Of a stretch of DNA of 64,000 nucleotides, positions 30,326-40,610 are shown piece after piece. Made by a program: the position numbers and the translations under genes. Source of the stretch: Carpediemonas membranifera BICM (Eukaryota; Protista; Fornicata); NCBI GenBank assembly GCA_019828565.1, contig JAHDYR010000064.1, positions 601,062 to 665,061 on the forward strand. The letters run 5' to 3'. A model generated the notes under the pieces. It was not told the origin of the DNA, did no database searches, and saw only the letters and a program-made list of their open reading frames with translations. Each line of letters begins with the position of its first letter. Positions within the stretch are counted from its first letter, which is position 1.

Positions 30326-31408
30326 ATGGACTCCTGGATTATCCAGCTTGTGAATGAGTACAAGAGCGTTCCTGAATCCATGCGCGCCTATTCGAGTCTC
30401 GACGCTTACGACTCCCGGATCTATGACCTTAAACGGGATGTGGATCGCATAGGACTCCGCCCAGAGATCATGCAGATCTCCGCAAAGGACTTGAACCAGC
30501 CAAAAGCTCTCTCAGCAGCTGGGATTGTGAAACACACCTCTGGGCTCAGCAGCAACATCGCCCGGCTTCCCACAATGCTATCCCACATGCACCGCACGTT
30601 CGACACGGTCGCAGCCATCCGGAGCTCCATCACCGACATCAACGCTGTCCTGAGCATCCCAGAGAGGGCCCGTGCGCTGTACGCGGCGTCCTTTGGGGCG
30701 GACCCAGCGGACCCCGACGACGACACCGTCCAGCAGCTCTTCGCCACCCTGGCAGACGGCACTGCCATCGCCGACCGGCTAACAGAGTTGATCGAGGGCC
30801 GACCAGAGTCGACCGAGGTCGTGCGACAGCGGGACTTCATCCAGCACTTCCGCGCCGAGTTGGATGCGGTCGGGGACCAGTGTGTCTCGGCCATCGAATC
30901 CCTCCTCGGCAGCACGCACGACCCGCTGCGGGTCATTGCGTCCATCTCCCGGCTGCGGCAGCTCCGGCCGACGACGGACGCCCAGTCCGAGGCGGCCGTC
31001 CTCCTGGGGTGCCGGCGGGACTCGTTGAGAGAGACACTGCAGCAGCTGAGGCGGAAGGCGTCGCACCACAAGATCACGAGGGCGGCGTTCGTCACCGAGG
31101 CCGTGTCAGCGCTGCGGGAGACCCTCATAACCACAGCCCTGCAGGCCGAGATCCTGTTCTGCCCCACACTATCGAGTGAACACAAGGCGTACCCTGCCCG
31201 CGTAGCGACACCCGCCATGGCGATGACCAGCGCATGGACCCGCGGCGTGTGCCGTATGTTCCGGGCCGAGTTCGCCGCGGCATTGGGCGATGTGCCGGCC
31301 GATGTCGCTGAGAACATGCGGCAGATGGCCAGCCGGGCGGTGGGTGACGCCGTCGGCCCGCTGGGGGAGCTCGGGCTCGGGCTCAGTGTTGGCCTGCTTG
31401 TGGGGTGA
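30326..31408 (+). CDS. COG8/Dor1-like Golgi tethering subunit
   Basis: All-helical. NAVLSIPE, LRVIASISRLRQL, LLGCRRD and LITTALQAEILF align by eye with COG8 motifs. Confidence 0.6.
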   Translation: MDSWIIQLVNEYKSVPESMRAYSSLDAYDSRIYDLKRDVDRIGLRPEIMQISAKDLNQPKALSAAGIVKHTSGLSSNIARLPTMLSHMHRTFDTVAAIRSSITDINAVLSIPERARALYAASFGADPADPDDDTVQQLFATLADGTAIADRLTELIEGRPESTEVVRQRDFIQHFRAELDAVGDQCVSAIESLLGSTHDPLRVIASISRLRQLRPTTDAQSEAAVLLGCRRDSLRETLQQLRRKASHHKITRAAFVTEAVSALRETLITTALQAEILFCPTLSSEHKAYPARVATPAMAMTSAWTRGVCRMFRAEFAAALGDVPADVAENMRQMASRAVGDAVGPLGELGLGLSVGLLVG

Positions 31409-31508
31409 CCCGGGGTGTTTATTGCCTCGTATAAATGTCCTGACGGCGGGATGAGCGCTGAGATTTCTTCGGATCGTGAGAAAATTTTCGCAAGCGGAGG
31501 ACCTCGAC

Positions 31509-32960
31509 ATGGATACAACGACCATAGCCATCGCAGTGGCCGTTGGTGTTGTTATATGCCTTTTTGTTGCCGTGGCATTGGTTCTAGTGGTTTGTGCTGT
31601 GACCTTCTGTGTCTGTTTCGCCTGCAGCTTCACAATCGCCAGAACGCTCAAGCGGAGGTCAATAAGACGCAAACAAAAGCGTGAATTCATTGTATCGAAC
31701 GAAACGATGGAGCAGACCGAGGTTGTGACAGTGGCGGATGCCAAGCTGAGCTTCTCGACCAACCCCGATGATTACTCGCCCGAGATACCCCCGACCTACG
31801 ATCAGATGATCCTCGTAGTGGGGATCACAGCCACGAACGGGTGCTCTGAAGAAGACCAGAATGCTATTTACTCGATGTTCACGAAGTACGCGCCCCAGGC
31901 GGAGATCAACCGCTTCACGGACACGCTGTCCTCCCAGGAGCTTCTTCAGGACGAGATCAACAGGCTCTTCGGCATCATCGAACAGCAAAAGCAGGACGAG
32001 GACGTGGGCACGGCGGCGGTGGGGTCGATCTCCCCATCACCCGCGCCCGGCAGTGGCAGCGGTCCCGTGATCCACCCCGCCGTACCCATGCACCTCCTCC
32101 CGCCCGAGAGTGTCAACGCGGAGGTCCAGACAGAGCTGTCTCCTCTGTCGCTCGACGCTGCCCGTGACGTGGCCGTGTTAGCCCGCGAGGTTGCCGCGGA
32201 AGGGCGCGTCGGCATCGCATGGGAGCTGATAGACAGCATCGAGGAGATCATGGCCGGGACCCCTGAGCTGCACATGGCGCGGGCCCGCTGTCTCATCCAG
32301 GTGGGGCTGCCCGACGCACTCGACGCCAACGCGGAAATCCTTGCGGCTGAGGAGCTGATCGGCGAGACGGAACTCGATCACACCGGCGACCTCAGGGAAG
32401 ACCTCGCCGCCCTGTTCAACCCGCGACACCGCGTTGCGGACGTCCAGCCGGTCGACCCGGTGGAGTTCGATGACGAGGGCCCCGCGTCAGTCCCATATTA
32501 CCTCTCCCGCGGCACCCCCCGGGACACGCCGGACTCAATACTGCTGCCATCCCGGACCCCGGAGCCCGGCCACACGCCCTTCTACGAGTCGACAAAGTTG
32601 TTCGAGGCCTCAAACGATGGCGATGACGAGAACGCGGATAATGAGCAGCCTCGCGGCCCGCCTGCCAAGACGAGGCGGCCCAGTCGTCGGTCTTCGACGC
32701 CTGCCCCGACTGAGATCACGCTGTCGAGCCCACCGCGCGTGGAGCCCGCTGTGTTTTCCCCATACACTGTCGGGGCGCCGTCGACCGCGGGACCCAGGCC
32801 GCCGCGCCCTGCCACGAACACTGGGACAGCGGGGATGCGGACCAACACTGGGGGGTCGCTGGGGGGTCCGCCGCGGCCACGGCCACGCAGCACCATGGCT
32901 CCCGGGCGAGACATCAGCCTGGCGACGACGGTCCGCAGCATCATGCAGGGCCCTATGTGA
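31509..32960 (+). CDS. Single-pass membrane protein with Cys-rich TM/juxtamembrane region and disordered Pro/Ser-rich tail
   Basis: N-terminal hydrophobic stretch followed by KRRSIRRKQKR; ATG at 31509. Confidence 0.7.
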   Translation: MDTTTIAIAVAVGVVICLFVAVALVLVVCAVTFCVCFACSFTIARTLKRRSIRRKQKREFIVSNETMEQTEVVTVADAKLSFSTNPDDYSPEIPPTYDQMILVVGITATNGCSEEDQNAIYSMFTKYAPQAEINRFTDTLSSQELLQDEINRLFGIIEQQKQDEDVGTAAVGSISPSPAPGSGSGPVIHPAVPMHLLPPESVNAEVQTELSPLSLDAARDVAVLAREVAAEGRVGIAWELIDSIEEIMAGTPELHMARARCLIQVGLPDALDANAEILAAEELIGETELDHTGDLREDLAALFNPRHRVADVQPVDPVEFDDEGPASVPYYLSRGTPRDTPDSILLPSRTPEPGHTPFYESTKLFEASNDGDDENADNEQPRGPPAKTRRPSRRSSTPAPTEITLSSPPRVEPAVFSPYTVGAPSTAGPRPPRPATNTGTAGMRTNTGGSLGGPPRPRPRSTMAPGRDISLATTVRSIMQGPM

Positions 32961-33136
32961 GATAGATGTGACGATAGACGATAAAGCCGATCATGCTGGG
33001 TCATTTATGCGTTCATGCCGTGTTATACATGTGTCTGTGTATCTACGCAATTCTCGGATGAGCTGCACTGTATTGCGCTACGAACGATACCGCTACGAAG
33101 CTTAGCGTCACACCAATCACAAACCACGATATACAA

Positions 33137-33553
33137 ATGCCATCGGAAAACCCGAAGAGAATTCTTCTCTGCACCAACGACAGCGGGGTGAACTTCCTTG
33201 TCCAGCAGGCCACGAGACTGTTCAACGGACCAGTGGAGCAGGTGATCATCACTCAGGACAATGAAGCCAAGATCGTCGCCGCGGCGCTCTCCAACAAGTT
33301 TGACGTCATCCTCCTCTCCTACGCCGAGGGCCCGACCTTCACCGACGGGCGCCGCATCGCAGAGGCGCTCAGACTCGCCGGTGTTGAGTCCCGTATCATG
33401 CTCCTGACCCCGAAAGATGTCGACGACAACGCGGATGCCGTGCTCGGCCACATCAAGCTCTTCGACGGACCCCTCACTGTGCCCCGCGCCTACCACCTTC
33501 AGGGCATCCGGGAGTTCGAGAACGGCCTGATCGGCGCTCTTAACTCGGCCTAA
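33137..33553 (+). CDS. Stand-alone CheY-like receiver domain, atypical (pseudo-receiver)
   Basis: KRILLCTND, KFDVILLSY (phospho-Asp replaced by Ser), DGRRIAEALR, RIMLLT follow the receiver (beta/alpha)5 pattern. Confidence 0.65.
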   Translation: MPSENPKRILLCTNDSGVNFLVQQATRLFNGPVEQVIITQDNEAKIVAAALSNKFDVILLSYAEGPTFTDGRRIAEALRLAGVESRIMLLTPKDVDDNADAVLGHIKLFDGPLTVPRAYHLQGIREFENGLIGALNSA

Positions 33554-33889
33554 CATAAATGCAAGATCCAGTCATGTGTACCAGTGATCTGCAGACTTCC
33601 GGCTTGCCCTCTACTGGGATCCAATCAGTGACACCCAGCGATGATTGGCGATCTCGAACGATTGGGCCCGGCTTCATGGGGATGACTATTTTTTCACTCA
33701 GCCCATTTTATTCAAACAGAACGCGCGTCCACGCAACGGCAACCAAGGCGGGGGGGTATGTGCGCTTAGAACGGGGGGAGCTGGCAGAGGGGTGGTTTAG
33801 GATTTTTTTGTGCCACGAAAAAATTCTCACACACAATCACGACGTTCGTTCTCGTCTCCTGAACGCTTATACAGCATAAGCCGAACAGC

Positions 33890-34972
33890 ATGTCATTAGT
33901 ATACACGGGTGAAATTGAAAATGGTCTTATGCACGGCAAGGGAACCCTTGTTTATCCCAACCAGGAGAAGTATGAAGGCGACTGGATCCACGGCAAGCGC
34001 CACGGCATTGGAAGCTACTACTACGGCGATGGTGGCCGTTACGAAGGCGAGTGGGTGGATGATAAGGTCCACGGCAAAGGTACTAGCTTCTATGCCTCTG
34101 GCAACAAGTACGTCGGCGAATGGGTTGATGGCCGCATCAACGGCTATGGTGCCCTCTACTACAACGACGGCGATGTCTACGAGGGCGAGTGGCAGAACGG
34201 CCGCATGCACGGCAAGGGCGTCTACACCTACGCTGATGGCGACGTTTACGACGGTGAGTGGAAGGACGACAAGCGCCACGGCAAGGGTGTCGTCACCTAC
34301 GCCTCCCCCGACGGCTCCGTTGCGGAGAAGTACGAGGGCGACTGGTACGAGGGCAAGATGCACGGCTATGGCAAGTACTTCTACGCCGACGGCGGCATCT
34401 ACGAAGGCGAATGGGTTGACGGCAAGATGGCCGGCAAGGGCAAGTACGTCTTCCCCAACGGCAACGTCTACGACGGTGAGTGGCGCGACGACGTCAAGGA
34501 CGGCTATGGCGTCCTCTCGTACAAGAACGGCGAGCGGTACGAGGGCTACTGGAAGGACGACAAGGCCGAGGGCAAGGGCACCCTCACATACGAGCACGGT
34601 GACAAGTACGTCGGTGCCTGGAAGTCCGGCAAGAAGCACGGCGAGGGCGAGCTCTACTACTCAAACGGCGACGTCTTCCGCGGTGACTGGTCTGGCGACA
34701 GGGCTCACGGCTACGGCATCCTGCAGTATGCCAACGGTTGCCGGTATGAGGGCGAGTGGCGCGACGACAAGCGGCACGGGCAGGGCGTGTTCATGGACAC
34801 GGACGGCCTCAAGTACCAGGGGGAGTGGGCGAACGGCCGCAAGGAGGGCAAGGGCACGGTGTTCTTCCCCACGGGCGACACGCTGACGGGCACCTGGAAG
34901 GACGGCCTCGTGTACGGGCCCGGCGTCTACCAGTTCAACAAGGCGAGCGAGTGGAACAACCCCGACTACTGA
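33890..34972 (+). CDS. MORN1: MORN-repeat protein, MORN1-like
   Basis: About 15 tandem YxGxWxxGxxHGxG repeats; N-terminus [14 protein letters not shown] resembles trypanosomatid MORN1. Confidence 0.9.
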   Translation: MSLVYTGEIENGLMHGKGTLVYPNQEKYEGDWIHGKRHGIGSYYYGDGGRYEGEWVDDKVHGKGTSFYASGNKYVGEWVDGRINGYGALYYNDGDVYEGEWQNGRMHGKGVYTYADGDVYDGEWKDDKRHGKGVVTYASPDGSVAEKYEGDWYEGKMHGYGKYFYADGGIYEGEWVDGKMAGKGKYVFPNGNVYDGEWRDDVKDGYGVLSYKNGERYEGYWKDDKAEGKGTLTYEHGDKYVGAWKSGKKHGEGELYYSNGDVFRGDWSGDRAHGYGILQYANGCRYEGEWRDDKRHGQGVFMDTDGLKYQGEWANGRKEGKGTVFFPTGDTLTGTWKDGLVYGPGVYQFNKASEWNNPDY

Positions 34973-35575
34973 TGTCTGTAAACATATGCACGAACGCACG
35001 GGTGTCGCCTCTACCATTTTGAGCTTGACCTCTCGGAAATCCGCATGTTATGACATGATAGCAATGTTGGGAGTCAGGTGCTTAGTACTGTACAATCGCA
35101 TACACCTTTGTGTCGATTCCCGAGATATAAATAACATCTATCTTCCAGAGGTCCCTATACTGCTGGGACTGCCGGTAAGGGATACCAACCCGACAACTTG
35201 ATCAGTCACAGCACAACAAGATCACAGCTGACAAAGCTCACCGCAAGAAGGAGGTAGGATATCAAGCCAGTTTAGTACCTCAGCATGTCAGGCGGGGTGG
35301 TGGCAATGGCGCTACATCGTCAGGAAGGTTACCTCGGGTAACGGGCCCGGAGTGGAGGGCGAGGCGTTAGCCTCACTCCGGGCAAAAGGGGTTTCGCCGG
35401 CCAGGTGAGTCACGCAGTCTATGCGGGCACAATGGCGCAAAGTTCGGATCCGACGGCAACCCGACTGGATCAGCTGGAGGCGTCAATGAAGTCCAAAGAG
35501 AGCTAACTACATTTTGTCGGTGGCTTTGTAAAATTCGTGTACTCGTCACATGCAAGAATTCGAATTAGAAATACT

Positions 35576-35648
35576 AGCGCCCAATGGAAGTTGAATCCAT
35601 GACCTATCGGACTGCAGCCGATTGCTCTACCAACTGAGCTATAGACGC
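35576..35648 (-). tRNA. tRNA-Cys (GCA)
   Basis: GCGTCTA TA GCTC AGTTGGTA GAGC A ATCGG CT-GCA-GT CCGAT AGGTC ATGGA TTCAACT TCCAT TGGGCGC T folds as a full cloverleaf with a U discriminator. Confidence 0.95.
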
Positions 35649-35981
35649 TTGCCGAGACCAACGGCGACGTGACAATTCCGCGACGGGGCGGAGACACGCC
35701 AAGTGCGGCGTCCTGGGCAAGCCTCCGAGATCCGGGAGATCCGAGGTGAATCTTTATGAGATTTGATAGGCGATTTGATTGACGATTCGTTTGGCGGGAG
35801 GAGATCGAATCAGGCAGAAGGAGAGATGGAAGGAGAAGCAGAAGAAGTCAGAGCCCCTGACATAGTCTAATCATGGCCAAGCTAGGCCTCACTAGCCCCG
35901 GGGACGACCCGGAACACATAAATCATTTACCCCCCATGGAGTGGTCAGACAGGTAAGTGTATCACTGTCTGCCTTCAGACT

Positions 35982-36978
35982 GCATACCGTCGTAGACGCG
36001 ATGCGTAAGTACGCCTCGGGGCGTGGTACAGGCCCAGATGGACTACCGGCCATCTGGTACAAATATTCGAGAGAGATCGAATATTGACCAAATATTCGAA
36101 TCAAATCTACGGTCCAGTTCAGACCAATTTTACCAAGGGGTTAAAACCCCATTCCCCGGTAGTTCCGAGAAGATGGGCGACGCACAGCCCCCCGTGACAC
36201 TGGAGAGCCTGGAGGCCCTGGTGCGGTCACAGGCTGCTACAATAGCATCACTGAGCGAGAATCTTGACGATGTCCGCACGAATGCTGAGGATGTACGCAA
36301 ACCCACCAAAATCCCAGCAGTGCTCAAAGAATTCCAACACCTGCGCGCCCTACACGGAGAAATCAAGTCAATCCTGGCTGACCCCAGCAAGGAGACGATT
36401 GCTGACATAACCACAGCCATTAATCTTGCCGTTGAAAAGCGCCTCGAGTTCCTCCGAGTCCTCGACTCTGCCAACGAAGAAGCGGCCGCCTACTTTATCG
36501 TCACCGCCGAGGACATATCCAACGTCAAGGACCTCGTCAAGGTCGCCGCCAAGGCCAAGAAGGCCATCCCTGCCACGCGGGCTCACACATCACACCGGTT
36601 CGCCAAGCGTCCCTTCCGAAACCACGGATACAACAACCACAGATTCCAGAAAGCCTCGGGCAACCGCAATGCGGCCCCGGGGCAGCAGTAGTTGCCCAAG
36701 TGAGGTTATGCCATCCTCAGATATAAAAGGCACCGTCTACGTTTTGAATACAGAGAAGAATGTCACAAGAGCAAGCAAGAAGCGAAACAAGCCAGGATAC
36801 ATGGCACCTATCGTCCGACGCTCAGCCCGTCTCTGGTCCAGGTCAACGGACACACGTGGTTGGCTCAATGAGTCGAGCGTGGAAAGAGTGGGAGGCCATG
36901 GGGGCCAGCACGAGTGTCGTGGACTTACTCCGGCAGGGAGTCCCAGTACAGGACGGGCAGACGACGAACTCGTCGCCC
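35982..36978 (+). mobile_element. PAT/DIRS-type YR retrotransposon copy 1, 5' part (repeat A 35982-36215, gag, RT start), interrupted by Gypsy-1
   Basis: Near-identical to 49959-50956; breaks exactly at the TGT of an LTR. Confidence 0.9.
36173..36691 (+). CDS. Gag-like ORF1 of the YR element
   Basis: MGDAQPP..., coiled coil plus basic C-terminus; lies upstream of RT; identical protein at 50150-50668. Confidence 0.75.
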   Translation: MGDAQPPVTLESLEALVRSQAATIASLSENLDDVRTNAEDVRKPTKIPAVLKEFQHLRALHGEIKSILADPSKETIADITTAINLAVEKRLEFLRVLDSANEEAAAYFIVTAEDISNVKDLVKVAAKAKKAIPATRAHTSHRFAKRPFRNHGYNNHRFQKASGNRNAAPGQQ

Positions 36979-37086
36979 TGTGATCACTAAGGAAAAAGAC
37001 TTTACAAAGAGAGCTCGACACAAGGGTGTCGAGCTGGACGGATCAAGACCGTATCAAATACGTATCTCATATATAAATGGCTGACA
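36979..37086 (-). repeat. Gypsy-1 3' LTR (108 bp, TGTCA...TCACA)
   Basis: Identical to 44596-44703. Preceded by the PPT. Contains TATATA and a 10-bp hairpin AGCTCGACAC/GTGTCGAGCT. Confidence 0.9.
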
Positions 37087-37616
37087 CTTCCCCCCCATGC
37101 TCTGTTAAGAGCATCACGAAAAGGATACCATTGTTAATCAGGTCTTGGGGGAACAGCCCAAGAGTGCTGACCCTATAACCGTCGATCGCTGGGGAATGAC
37201 CAGTGATCCGGGGATGCCAACTAAGTTCAACTTAGAGGGCTGACCGTCGCGCACACGGGACTTGCGTGTACGCCGGATAGTATCCGTTGACTAGGCTGAC
37301 GACATAGCGTCCTAAGCCATCGCCCGGCGTGGAGTCCACCCACGGAAATTCTCTAAAGATTTTCTAGATTGCGCAAAGATTCTACAGATTCGAAAAGACT
37401 CGTGGTACCACTAAATAAGCGCGCTGTGTCATGGGTATCTTACCTGGGGATCCTGCCCCTCCTAGTAGTCGATACATACCAGTGTTCTGTCTGATTGCAT
37501 CAAACCGTGCAGGTTATGTCATGCATTCGGCTTGATTCGGAATAGTTGGCGGTTTGTGCTCCTCTTCCGCTATTTCTTACATAGGCTTCAAAAATGCAGT
37601 TAACTAGCTCCAATTC

Positions 37617-38889
37617 GCTCGGAGGAGTCGGAGGTGAGCCTGTTCTACAGGATCATTAGGGAAAAGCCAGGACCAGCAAGGAAGCAGGAAATGATCAGGG
37701 AGTGGGCAGAGGGCCAGAGGCTAGGATCGGCAGCGCACATAATCTGTGAATGCCCGGCAGTAGACAGGGGAGAAGCTTGGACAAAGCTGTGGACAGCAGC
37801 GAAGCACAAAACTAAGGACTTGGAAGTAAGGCAGGGCCTCCAGGGCGAATGGTACCAGGAAAGACCCATCCTAGAATTACAGCAACTAATAATATGGGGC
37901 TCGGAGGACATTTGGGAAGGCCTCACGGCAGGACTACGGGAACTGGCAAAGGTTTACAACAGCTTCAAGGTGGAATAGAAGCATGTCATGAACCCCTGAC
38001 TCCAGGACCGGGAAGGGATGGACAAGGAATCAGCCATGGACCACCCTCGCTGGGTGCTAAGCTCCTGGGATCAGTGAGGAAAGGCCCCACGTATCCTGGT
38101 GGCCAGGAACCAAAGCAAGGGAAGGAACGACTGCAAGGAAAGAACAGGAAGGACAGACCAGAAATAAGAAAGAAAGGACATGCGACAAGGACAGAGCAAG
38201 GATAAGGTCAAGGAAATCCATATTCATATGGTTGCACCACTCGTTGGGACCCCAAGGAAACTGCAGGGACTGGCCACGGGGGTCGGAGGGGCACAGGTGC
38301 CCCTGCCGCCCTTGTTAACGACATGGGAAACCAAGGACATGTAGTGCAAGCGAAATGTTGTAAGGGGTAACAGGACAACCAGGCCTAGTGCCTGGGGGTA
38401 CACCACCCATGCCCTGACCCACGCCACCTAACCGGGGTAGACAGCATGGACTTAGTCACTTTCCCCGCCTTCGGGTAGGCTTCCTAACAGAGTCGAGGGG
38501 GCATGGAATTGGGGAACCGGACAGACGAGAGGGTGCCGTGGCTGAACGGCTCTACAAGGACTGCAGGGAAGCAAGGAGTGTCATAGTCAAGGTTCTGCAG
38601 GACGATCCTGCCTGTCAACGCCCCGAGGACAGACCCCCAGGCTCCCCGGATAGTTGCCGGACTTTCAGGGAGACAGGAAAGCATATTTGCACGGAGATGG
38701 CCGCAGGGCCTCTGGGGCGATTGGAATCGGCTTTCCGCGGAGACAGTAGCACCGAAAGCCCAAGGCAAACGCTGCTGACCAGTTTGCCACGGGAAATAGG
38801 CAGTACCCCGGGGCACTCAGTTCCAAGACAACGGGAAACAAGCTCAGTCCGGGGTCAGAATCCAAGCACCATAAATTTCTTTCTTTTCT
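37617..38889 (+). mobile_element. 5'-truncated LINE with 17-bp TSD TTAACTAGCTCCAATTC
   Basis: Matches the LINE from 56420 to its (TTTC)n tail. TSD copies at 37600-37616 and 38890-38906. Confidence 0.93.
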
Positions 38890-39252
38890 TTAACTAGCTC
38901 CAATTCCGCTTCCTTGGCGAGATACGGGAGTTTTCTTCTCTTCGTCTCCGCTCGGACTTCTTGTGCCCAGAATACGAGCTCCATCATGAATAACCAACAT
39001 CAAAACCACGTTCTTCGTATAAACTTTGTCCATTATCACTTCTTGGAGGTGTTTTCTTCCCCTTTTCCTCGAGATCTCGTCTCGGCATAAAACGCGCGAG
39101 AGAATACGTGAACGGCTGTCCCTTGGCCAGTATTGGCTATACAGGCGTGCTCAGCGTCTGTAACTTGCGCGGTGGGTGTCCTCCTGAGATTATATAACTC
39201 ATGTATACATGTAAATCAAATCTGGGACGCCTCCCAGATTTCAAACGGCGCT

Positions 39253-40581
39253 ATGACAAACGTAGAGGAGGAACTCTTTGCTGCAATCGACCAGTATATG
39301 ACGGCCAATCCTACTGGTGTGCTCATCTCCGATCTTCAGGCCTTGAAGCGAAAGCATGTCGAGCTGCTGAATGGTGACGGCTCCCAGGAAGCTACTGAAG
39401 GTTCTCACACGCCTCCATCCACTGAAAACACCGCTGAGAACACCGATGGTGATGCCATTTCGCACCAAGAAGCTGGTTCAGCTCCCGATCGCACCGTTCT
39501 CCGACCTCGACGCTCCGGACGGCACATCACCGACTGCCATCCCGAATCTGCTCAGACCACAATCACCCGCACGAGTGAGCTGGGCGCTGAGTTCAACCAG
39601 CGTGTCGTAGAGGTCCCTGTCCGCCCATTCCACCGACAGACCCGCTACCGCGCCAATGTCGAAACCCCTAGGGCTATTGTGACCGTCGCCGAGCCGACCG
39701 AGCCCGCCGAACCTCTTCCGGCACGCGAGCAGCGTCAGGTCGAGACCTTCCGCACCACCTTTGCGGAGATCAGCACTGCTCGCTTCTCCAACTGCTTCGA
39801 AGTCAATTTCACAGCCCTCCTCGACCGAGTTCAGACCGGGAAGCTCTTCGGCAGCGCTATGACCGAGGTCACGGCTGCTTACGTCTCTGCCGACATCCTT
39901 CGTCGGTTCGCGGAGGTGACGGCCATCGGGTGCGCTCTCCAGCGCTCCATGGAGGGTGTCCAAGACACTCGCGCCGTAGCCGCGGCTCTGGTCCAGGGCG
40001 GGACGAGCGACCGGTTTGCCACAAACCACGTCGCCACAGCTGAGGGAGCCCTCCTGGCGCTGAAGCGCACTCGAGAGCCGGGTGCCACGGTCTCTCGTGA
40101 TGTGGTGGTGGACCTCCTCAAGCGCGTGGTGATGGCAGGCCGACACCCAGCCATGTTCTCGCTGCTTATGGCGGCTGAGAACCGCGGTGCCTCGCGCCTG
40201 ACCGCCACCCGCTCCCGCGACTTCGTTCGGGCCTATTGGACCTGTGTCCGGCTTGAGCATCTCCCGGCTATGGAGCTTGCCATGAACAAGGAGCTGTTCA
40301 CGCTCCAGCTCACGGACACGTCCGCCGCGTACGGTGTGGTGGAGGTCAGAGAGCACATCGAGCTCTACGAGAACGCCCGCCAGGAGGAGTCGTTCATCCT
40401 GCTCGTCCAGTTTTCGGGCTATCCGCTGCCGTCACTGACCTTCCTGACCCAGGATCTTTGCCGCACCATGCCTGTCACTCGTTATCTCAACGAGCATAAC
40501 TTATGGCGTCGTGTTCGTCGGCGCTGGGAGCATGACGGCATCTTCTTTGAGCTTGGTGACAGCCTTGGTGCCATTGAATAA
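39253..40581 (+). CDS. Antisense extra ORF of Gypsy-1 (442 aa) with a C-terminal chromodomain-like segment
   Basis: Intact ORF between the pol stop and the PPT, convergent with pol. YGVVEVREH...ILLVQFSGYP resembles the chromodomain consensus. Confidence 0.7.
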   Translation: MTNVEEELFAAIDQYMTANPTGVLISDLQALKRKHVELLNGDGSQEATEGSHTPPSTENTAENTDGDAISHQEAGSAPDRTVLRPRRSGRHITDCHPESAQTTITRTSELGAEFNQRVVEVPVRPFHRQTRYRANVETPRAIVTVAEPTEPAEPLPAREQRQVETFRTTFAEISTARFSNCFEVNFTALLDRVQTGKLFGSAMTEVTAAYVSADILRRFAEVTAIGCALQRSMEGVQDTRAVAAALVQGGTSDRFATNHVATAEGALLALKRTREPGATVSRDVVVDLLKRVVMAGRHPAMFSLLMAAENRGASRLTATRSRDFVRAYWTCVRLEHLPAMELAMNKELFTLQLTDTSAAYGVVEVREHIELYENARQEESFILLVQFSGYPLPSLTFLTQDLCRTMPVTRYLNEHNLWRRVRRRWEHDGIFFELGDSLGAIE

Positions 40582-40610
40582 ATCAGATTGTGACTCTCTC
40601 TGGGCGCCAT

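Noticed and set aside
33896-34886. Long alternative-frame and antisense ORFs over MORN1 and many other genes (e.g. 25600-26487, 30421-31518)
   Set aside because: Shadows of strong GC3 codon bias; no motifs.
35945-35965. ACACTTACCTG on the minus strand, like the U1 snRNA 5' end
   Set aside because: No U1-70K or U1A loops and no convincing Sm site; it lies within a local hairpin.
38538-38897. Recurrent ORFs MAERLYKD.., MVPGKTHP.., MPRGTAYF.. in four places
   Set aside because: They recur only because they lie in the repeated LINE 3' end; mostly non-ATG starts and no motifs.
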